A DNA stretch of 64,000 nt, from positions 1 through 64,000 of the IMG/VR virus record IMGVR_UViG_3300042882_001139; one strand, given 5' to 3'. The stretch's first letter is position 1, and every line of letters begins with the position of its first letter. The translations under genes and the position numbers were made by a program. Positions 58,201-64,000 of the stretch are shown piece after piece. The notes under the pieces are model-generated. The model was not told the DNA's origin, searched no databases, and was given only the letters and a program-made list of their open reading frames with translations. The DNA comes from an uncultured virus (IMG/VR IMGVR_UViG_3300042882_001139). Lineage: Duplodnaviria; Heunggongvirae; Uroviricota; Caudoviricetes.

Positions 58201-59131
58201 CATGGACGACGCTAAATTAAAAGCCGTCTATTCAAGAAAATTCAGCGATCGTACCGGCCGTACAAACGACGAGATGATACAAGAGTTGTCGGCGTCCGGC
58301 GTTGACCTGTCTAAAGAAGTCGGCTTACGTGAACAAGATCTGCTCGATAAGGGGCAGTATACCGTCGGGCAGATGCGCAGTGCCGCCGAGACAGAGGTGG
58401 GCAAAGGCCGCGGTAAAACAGAGGCCGAGATCGCGGAGAATCGCCGAAAAGCAGATCGCGAAGATCGTAAGGCCGCGGGCATTATCGGTGCGACCGTCGA
58501 AGATCAGCGACGCGGCACGGCAGCTGTATTAGAAGACGCTACCGGTGGCACGCTAAAAGGCGAAAAACTAGAACAGTTAGTAACCGCTAGTTTAGAGAAA
58601 GGTGCAGACGGCAAACACTCTGACGCGTTCTTGAAGCAGTTAGACACGTTAGGTTTAAGCGACGACAAGAAAAAAGAAGTACTAGATTACACCGCGCGGC
58701 AGCGGGAAGTTAAAGAGGCCCGCGAGGCGAGCGGGCAGCCGACGGGCGAACAAGTCGACGATAAGGCCGGCACGAAAAAAACCGCAGACACTGCGGCGGC
58801 AACTGACGAGTCGTTCAAGTTGCTGGCCACGACCGCCGGCGAACTTAACAAATCGTTCACCGAGCTAATTGCTGTCATTAAAGCACAAAAACCCACAGCG
58901 GGTGAGCAGCCAGGAGTGCAAGACTCCGCGGCACAAGTGGCCCAGGCAAAAACTGCGGGAACAAATGTTGCGGCTACGCCACCACCAGCCCCGACACCGG
59001 CAGGTAAAGACGGCGGCACAACCCAAATTACAGGGCGCTTAAATATCGTAGGGCTCGACTGGGCAATCCTGACAGCCACCATGCCTCAAATGCAAACCAA
59101 CCCTGGCGGTATAACAATCGCAAAAACCTGA
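55259..59131 (+). CDS. tape measure protein
   Basis: 1290 aa, helical Ala/Gly/Gln-rich, no Cys, position after chaperones. Confidence 0.75.
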   Translation: MNGFQAPGPVPWTYAAPYNPAMSMGFNPSGFGAIAGPLMTSYLQQFAGPTNFLPHQFPGQAKADQFIMREYFNRSQQNLYRTNAAGDQRFANVLLGTRGMVTDKPASDLNRGQALNMAQMLNDPTVKGLVGMMVGPENLEQIMFGSAGDPMAMAAAANRIGYYRPDALTGAKKMSARSLESFSRGMYATMYEPAGDVEKMVADARAGDPTQTAALQKAARAESSRIVRDDEVSQRLIDQGEDRVNDLYKRYQPSGTATTVTDKAAALTKFDRAVNDANVLSADEVTFGGMERKAKRAGLDSMHGFSASQAATVTENLFQKGLLPQSIGALSPAERVKVLADQNMDDETLTRLAKEYGRHYLTEGGGRNSDAGAAFRAAGTDIVKQNKVLDDNTEDFKGQLRFNMSQLKGAVGTANPEDLLQLEGMDVVANQVDASKAGNAVKKHTEALAAIREIFGDSGNPNAPVPALLAALDHLSHGSMHQVGAGRVAGIMREMRGTAKEIGMGFDQLAGFSASVGAYGDTLGLSGPSKMNAVNEALTMVQSMRQSGALSIERYGAMSQEEALQQAGMLAARGEGSSNAKSVAALVRAYELDPSKYAGTELEAAVNSLKEGGDGNYEVKDASGNVVKTGNIYEQLGTGGFREASRIAATGGMTHQEFMTLHADSATMEYSQSGAAMRTMRQEYLERVGGNAFGGFLAQGLDNIKDPDNKLDGRDAAAVRGRNVIATKFAEIALDTAHMDEKERVDHINKTIKDEFAAALIADAERQGITIDDAARAEANKQAEFAVRGILGDDPNRRDQTLQSRLAGFNTSSEQLTGRGTVATYQLFSKDQQAQFANAQTARKEEADRRYKLGFGLDSSPLGRLSDYLAETGMTGEAVTKENLIKELAGIIPDQKFRETLADQLMPQLNASRDAGNQHLVTTRHLDDLEQKTRSGDKKESAAAAEELRAIAARRDKRFEKADGLVTEQELSAKRAEALKGMDDAKLKAVYSRKFSDRTGRTNDEMIQELSASGVDLSKEVGLREQDLLDKGQYTVGQMRSAAETEVGKGRGKTEAEIAENRRKADREDRKAAGIIGATVEDQRRGTAAVLEDATGGTLKGEKLEQLVTASLEKGADGKHSDAFLKQLDTLGLSDDKKKEVLDYTARQREVKEAREASGQPTGEQVDDKAGTKKTADTAAATDESFKLLATTAGELNKSFTELIAVIKAQKPTAGEQPGVQDSAAQVAQAKTAGTNVAATPPPAPTPAGKDGGTTQITGRLNIVGLDWAILTATMPQMQTNPGGITIAKT

Positions 59132-59141
59132 CGAGTCGAAA

Positions 59142-59642
59142 ATGGCAACCTCTGTATTTACACCATGCGAAGGCGCAGTTGTGCGCGTCAACCTGTGCGA
59201 AGGTTCTGGCGGCACCGGCGGCGGAACTTTTAACGTAACAATTGACGGCGCCGCTATATCCTTACCTGTGACCGGCTTTGTGCATGAAATGCAGGGCAAC
59301 TATCAGTTCCTTCACGCCCTTGATCGCTTTGTGTATTTTTATTCGTTTGGTGACCGCATCGGCGAGATTACCGTGTCTGGTATTTCTTTTGCCGCAGCAC
59401 CATGCGGTCCGGCTGCGGCGGGTACAAAGCCGCCGACAATTTGCAACCTGTACGAGTTATACGCTGAAAAGAAACAGTCCAAATTAAAAAAAGCAGTTAA
59501 AATTGGCGCGAGCAATTGCGGCTCGTTTCAGGCGTTTCTTACCGGAATGCGCTTAGAGGTTACCGCGGCCAATAGCGGTGTGCCGATTGGGCAGTGGTCG
59601 CTGCGGTTTCATGTCATCCCGCCACAAGACACAACAAAATGA
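59142..59642 (+). CDS. putative tube-initiator/baseplate protein
   Basis: NYQFLHAL...YFYSFGDRIGEITVSG; follows tape measure. Confidence 0.55.
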   Translation: MATSVFTPCEGAVVRVNLCEGSGGTGGGTFNVTIDGAAISLPVTGFVHEMQGNYQFLHALDRFVYFYSFGDRIGEITVSGISFAAAPCGPAAAGTKPPTICNLYELYAEKKQSKLKKAVKIGASNCGSFQAFLTGMRLEVTAANSGVPIGQWSLRFHVIPPQDTTK

Positions 59643-60628
59643 TTAATCACGCAAGAACGCTTTTACTTAACAAAGCCTACAAAGACAATCACATTACACG
59701 CGACACAGGGGCAGAATATGTGCCACTGGAGTTTGTGCCGGTACGGTTATCTAACGAACTAAAATTGTTACGCCGGGTGCTCTTTGGCAGTAATCCGGAC
59801 GCGCGTTTTATCAATCTGCGCGTGCGCGAGTTGATGAGTTACGTCCATCAGACAGAGTTAGCGGATTACGTACATGCACTCGATAACCGGATGACGTACT
59901 GGCCGTTAAGCGTCGTTGATTTTTATGACACGTCAAAAAAAACAGTAACCGTTACGCAACTAAACGGCCCGCCGCAGCGCCTTACGATTATCGGCGACTA
60001 TCAGGCAGACAACAGCGTAGGTCGGTCACTGTTTCAGTACATGATTAGTGCGGGCACAGAAACGCCAACGTTGCCCATGCAAGCCCTGGCGTTCTCTACC
60101 GACCTCCCGCTCATTGCAACAGCCCAAGAACTGAGCACAACTGCTGCCCCAATTACGGCAGACGTTGGTACAGCCGCAGAGTCCGAAGTTATGCGGCTTG
60201 AAAACACAGGTTTAAAAGTATTGCTCGATTTCGCTAATCAGTCTGAAAACGATTTGTACGCAAGCATCGTAACCGAAGCCGGCAACTTTTTAATGCACGA
60301 AATCTACGGTGATAGTGCCGGCAACCTTATATCCGATCAGATGTCGACAACTATTGCGTTGACGGCTCCGCCCATCGCGGAAGTTATCGCCCAGTGGTTT
60401 GTCACTGTACGTGCTGTCCCATCGCCAATTATTACAACCGGCATTCCGACGATCGAACTGCTCGGCGAGCCAATTATGTTGGGCTTATTTGGGCTGGGGG
60501 ATGAAGAACCCTACGCCACGTTTAGAAATTTATGGCGCGACCATAATTCGCCGGTGTATCGCCTCGCCGGCCTGACCATGGCCCTGATCTATCGTACGGA
60601 AGAATTGCGGAAGAATAAACATGCCTGA
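59639..60628 (+). CDS. hypothetical baseplate-region protein
   Basis: ATGA-type overlap; position. Confidence 0.55.
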   Translation: MINHARTLLLNKAYKDNHITRDTGAEYVPLEFVPVRLSNELKLLRRVLFGSNPDARFINLRVRELMSYVHQTELADYVHALDNRMTYWPLSVVDFYDTSKKTVTVTQLNGPPQRLTIIGDYQADNSVGRSLFQYMISAGTETPTLPMQALAFSTDLPLIATAQELSTTAAPITADVGTAAESEVMRLENTGLKVLLDFANQSENDLYASIVTEAGNFLMHEIYGDSAGNLISDQMSTTIALTAPPIAEVIAQWFVTVRAVPSPIITTGIPTIELLGEPIMLGLFGLGDEEPYATFRNLWRDHNSPVYRLAGLTMALIYRTEELRKNKHA

Positions 60629-62288
60629 CAATTACGTATTCTCGCAGTTTAAACTTTACGCCATGATAGAAGACATCGGGCGTGTAGACGATATTGTCGC
60701 CATATCCGGCAACTTTGCGTTAAACACGATTCCAACAGCTGCACTCATTTTGGCTTGCGGTATTAACGCTACAACGAACGCGCAGGCCAGTGCCCACTCA
60801 AAAATTATGGGCAAAATAAAGTCACGTGCTCGCGTGTCCGTGTACTTAGAAGTAGACACGACCGATGGCTACAAGGAAAAAATGCCGAGCGAAAAAACGT
60901 TCATGGTGTTTGACGGATACTATGCGGGGTTTGGTTTTCAGCGTTCGAACAATAATGCAAATTACACGCTGCACCTAGTGCACTGGCTCGATGACTTAAA
61001 CATAGGCTCGATGTTAAACGGGCAGTGGTTCCCCGGGGCGCCGTTTAACGTAGCCGATAACGCGGGCTACTACACGGCGACGAACCAGGCACAGGGCTCT
61101 GGCTTTGTAATGGCCCCGGCAATTGATCCTGACAATCAAATCATAACGTATTCAAATATCACGAACGACCTGTGGGGCGATGTGCTGAAGCCTGTTCTAA
61201 CAGTTATTGCTGGTTGGGGCACGAATAAGTGCGCCACAGGCGTAGACACCGAGCATGAAAAAAAGATCAAAGCGGCCTTAGAGAAGATGCCTGGCTCCGC
61301 ACCGAACAAAGTAAAACTTGGCTTAAACCTTGACGGCCCCGGCGGGCTTACGGGAGATCTCATTAGAGATTCCGTCAACGATGCTTTAACAAAAGTTGGC
61401 GTGCAAGCGTTTAGTTACTCAACTTTTTGGAGCAAACTTACCGGCGAATACGCACCGCAATTTTTGTTCGCACTGTCGCCCGGAGTTGACTTTGCACAAG
61501 TCGTGCCTGTCTTCGGCGGGTTAAAGTGGCGCGACGGCGACAAAGTCGTTTACGCTGACGAGTACGGCTACGCTAATTTTATGGGCAACACCCGTCAAAC
61601 ACTTGGCGGCATAGACATTATCTGGCCTGCAAGTTTTGGCTCTGGTTTAGTCGCCGGCACGCCGGTACAGAACGATTATCGCCCGCCGTCGTTTTGCGAC
61701 CCGCCAGGTCTTTTTCCGTCACATGAAGCCCGCAAAACGCGGCCGGGCACTGTGCTTGTAAAAGAACCACCGAGTTGGTTCGGCAACATCATGAGCAAAA
61801 TATCGAATACATCTCGGACGGCCGGGTTAAGCGGTAGCGTGCTAGGCGCTAATAACGACGCCAGCAAAGGTGCCGACGCTACAGAAAAAGCAAAAAAAGA
61901 ATCTGAACTGCAGCAAAATATAAAAGACAGTCCGGTGTTAGACAGGTTTGCCGAACAGTGGTTTAAAACAGAATTACTGCAGCAGCGTTACGGCGAGTTT
62001 TCCGGCAAGTTACGCTTTGATATAGCTCCGGGCAGCGTCATTAAAATTAAAGCACCCACAGAAAACATGCCGCAGTTGTCAGATAACACGGACATGATAG
62101 CAACTGTCGTGCAAGTTTCGTTCTCCATTAACGCTGAAAACGCAAACGCAGGTACGGCGTTTTCCGTATCACATATTCGTTCACCTGCTGAAAACGACGA
62201 TCGTTTAATCGCTGGGTCCGACACGCCGCCGTTATACAATGAACGCTGGGCCGGCGGCCCGCTCTCCTCAAAAATTAAATACACATGA
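60621..62288 (+). CDS. putative baseplate hub protein (gp27/gpD-like)
   Basis: VFDGYYAG N-terminal barrel; GKLRFDIAPGSVIKI...VVQVSFSI. Confidence 0.6.
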   Translation: MPDNYVFSQFKLYAMIEDIGRVDDIVAISGNFALNTIPTAALILACGINATTNAQASAHSKIMGKIKSRARVSVYLEVDTTDGYKEKMPSEKTFMVFDGYYAGFGFQRSNNNANYTLHLVHWLDDLNIGSMLNGQWFPGAPFNVADNAGYYTATNQAQGSGFVMAPAIDPDNQIITYSNITNDLWGDVLKPVLTVIAGWGTNKCATGVDTEHEKKIKAALEKMPGSAPNKVKLGLNLDGPGGLTGDLIRDSVNDALTKVGVQAFSYSTFWSKLTGEYAPQFLFALSPGVDFAQVVPVFGGLKWRDGDKVVYADEYGYANFMGNTRQTLGGIDIIWPASFGSGLVAGTPVQNDYRPPSFCDPPGLFPSHEARKTRPGTVLVKEPPSWFGNIMSKISNTSRTAGLSGSVLGANNDASKGADATEKAKKESELQQNIKDSPVLDRFAEQWFKTELLQQRYGEFSGKLRFDIAPGSVIKIKAPTENMPQLSDNTDMIATVVQVSFSINAENANAGTAFSVSHIRSPAENDDRLIAGSDTPPLYNERWAGGPLSSKIKYT

Positions 62289-63109
62289 AACCAAACATGC
62301 CGCAAACGAATAGCCCAAAAGGTATGCCGTCCATTCTGGGCGACGTCACGCCGCCATATTCGGCACCAAGATCTATTACCGGCGTCGCGCCGGAATTTGA
62401 TGACCTGTACACGACCTGGCAAACGACAAAGACGCCAGAAAACAACACCAAGGTGCTAGCCGCATTACAGCCGGTTATTGACACCGCTGTTTCGTCATAC
62501 GGTGGCGCCAACGCTACTCCAAATCTTAAGTCTCGTGCCAAACTCATGGCTCTTAAAGCGCTTGACACATATGACCCCAAACGAGGCAATGTGCGCACGC
62601 ATTTGTTGTCTCAGTTGCAAAGCCTGCGGCGGCTGTCAGCAAAAGAGCAACACATCATTAGCCTGCCAGAACAAGTAGGGCTAGATTTTCAAAAATTGAC
62701 GCTAGCTGAAAGTGAGCTTACTGATGCACTTGGCCGCGATCCGACAGACGACGAACTAGCCGATCACACCAATTTGTCTACACGGCGAATTCGTAAGATT
62801 CGTGCGTTTAATCAGCCGCTTGCAGAAGGTTCTGTTTCTCGTGTCACAGAAGAGTCAGCCGGTGGCGATGTTGCAAGTCACATCCCAGGCAGCAACCGTG
62901 GAACAGATGCGTGGATGAACTTCGTATACGACGATCTCGGACCGACCGATAAAATGATCATGGACATGACGCTGGGCAGGAACGGTAGACGACGTGCGTC
63001 GACGCAAGATATCGCAGCGCGATTAAAAATAACGCCCGGGGCGGTCAGTCAGCGTGCGGCAAAGATACAGCAAATGCTCGATAAACGTTTTGACTACGGA
63101 GGCTTTTAA
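62285..63109 (+). CDS. RNA polymerase sigma factor (sigma70 family, FliA/SigF-like)
   Basis: Region 2 ALKALDTYDPKRG, region 3 LGRDPTDDELADHTNLS, region 4 STQDIAARLKITPGAVSQR. Confidence 0.85.
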   Translation: MKPNMPQTNSPKGMPSILGDVTPPYSAPRSITGVAPEFDDLYTTWQTTKTPENNTKVLAALQPVIDTAVSSYGGANATPNLKSRAKLMALKALDTYDPKRGNVRTHLLSQLQSLRRLSAKEQHIISLPEQVGLDFQKLTLAESELTDALGRDPTDDELADHTNLSTRRIRKIRAFNQPLAEGSVSRVTEESAGGDVASHIPGSNRGTDAWMNFVYDDLGPTDKMIMDMTLGRNGRRRASTQDIAARLKITPGAVSQRAAKIQQMLDKRFDYGGF

Positions 63110-63570
63110 TGGCAAACGGCGTTTCCCGTGCGAGCATAGACAGCACATTTGAAAAGCGCATTCGGCATTTAGAAGAAGCGGCGCAGGCGTCAGCGGACGC
63201 TTTTCGCGATGGCTACTCTACGTATTTAAAGTGGTGCACGCCAAAAGAAGTGAAAGATCTTCTAGACGTGCCATCGCTGCATAACCCTGCTTGGGACCGC
63301 AACAAATTAAACGAGATGTATTGCTCGCAGGTGCTCGCGGGTCCGGGTGATGCTGGCGGTACCGTAGCTGACTGCATCGGTGTCAAATCGCAAATCGATT
63401 TCATGGCCGTCGAGGAGCGTGCGTTTAGATTACGCCACGCAACTTACTCCCGATGTGCTGCTATGGCACATGGCCGCTTGGACGGGTACGGCAAAAAAGA
63501 CCGCGGCGTGTTTTCGTTTGTTTTAAACTCAATTGACAGCATTATCAATGCCGGTCGTGTAAGCAGTTAA
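63109..63570 (+). CDS. hypothetical protein
   Basis: TAATG coupling, GGAGG RBS. Confidence 0.6.
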   Translation: MANGVSRASIDSTFEKRIRHLEEAAQASADAFRDGYSTYLKWCTPKEVKDLLDVPSLHNPAWDRNKLNEMYCSQVLAGPGDAGGTVADCIGVKSQIDFMAVEERAFRLRHATYSRCAAMAHGRLDGYGKKDRGVFSFVLNSIDSIINAGRVSS

Positions 63571-63578
63571 GGTGAGCT

Positions 63579-64000
63579 ATGGCAACAGCATATGAAGGAC
63601 GAAAATACGACTTTCTAGGTTTTAGAAACGTCGCCCCGCGAGGCGAGCGGCAACTGGGGCTGGCGTTGTACAGCGAAGATAGTTCCGGTCAGATTTGCGT
63701 TGGCGTACAAAAACTGGCGCAGCGCTGGGCACTCGAGTTTCTTACAGAGGTGGGGTCAATGCCCGGCCTGCCCGAGCGCGGCTGCGAGTTCATGGCAGCC
63801 GTCCGAACGCAGACGGCTCGTACAGAGCAAGAAATAATATGGGCGTTTTTATCGGCTGATATCGACATTACACGCAATTTGAAAAACGAAGAATACGCCG
63901 ACATGCCCGACGACGAAAAGTTTAAATCGGCGACGCTCACGTCTGTTACATTTTATCCGGGATATTTATCGTTACATGTTATGATTGAGAGCGTTGCAGG
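63579..64000 (+). CDS. baseplate wedge gp25-like protein, 3'-truncated
   Basis: Own translation MATAYEGRKYDFLGF...GVQKLAQRWALEFLTEVGSMPGLPERG; open to window end; AAGGTG RBS. Confidence 0.6.
   Translation, partial: MATAYEGRKYDFLGFRNVAPRGERQLGLALYSEDSSGQICVGVQKLAQRWALEFLTEVGSMPGLPERGCEFMAAVRTQTARTEQEIIWAFLSADIDITRNLKNEEYADMPDDEKFKSATLTSVTFYPGYLSLHVMIESVA

Noticed and set aside
1..64000. Numerous minus-strand and alternate-frame ORFs in the track
   Set aside because: All overlap better-supported + strand genes or structured non-coding regions and lack motifs

Overview
Segment of a large tailed (contractile-tail, myovirus-like) bacteriophage genome. Essentially all real genes are on the + strand, densely packed and intact under genetic code 11. 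Layout: putative internal virion proteins and accessory genes (cupin, PhoH, two SAM methyltransferases, PD-(D/E)XK nuclease, ferritin-like, HAD, actin-like ATPase; 1-9.8 kb); a candidate structured RNA, holin-like genes, tRNA-Asn, a multi-domain cargo polyprotein and a matrixin/papain protease module (9.9-18.2 kb); a cellular-type multisubunit RNA polymerase encoded as a beta+beta'(N) fusion plus a separate beta'(C) gene (20.4-27.6 kb); a head module with prohead protease, scaffold and major capsid (27.7-39.7 kb); neck genes interrupted by an island (repeated promoter-like motif, MoxR-type AAA + VWA-like pair, ~700-nt structured non-coding region; 40.8-44.9 kb); and tail sheath, tube, spike, chaperones, tape measure and baseplate genes with an embedded sigma factor (45-64 kb). 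Most notable: the RNAP subunits and sigma are cysteine-free and the RNAP has lost both zinc sites (suggesting a virion-packaged, injected transcription system); a K-x-A motif marks head proteins and delimits domains of cargo polyproteins; CsrA-type ANGGAN hairpins cover the RBS of major structural genes; two ornate non-coding RNA candidates are present. A Planctomycetota host is a tentative inference only. No terminase, portal, RNAP alpha subunit or CRISPR array was recognised in the window. All family calls are from motif recognition by eye; no searches were run.
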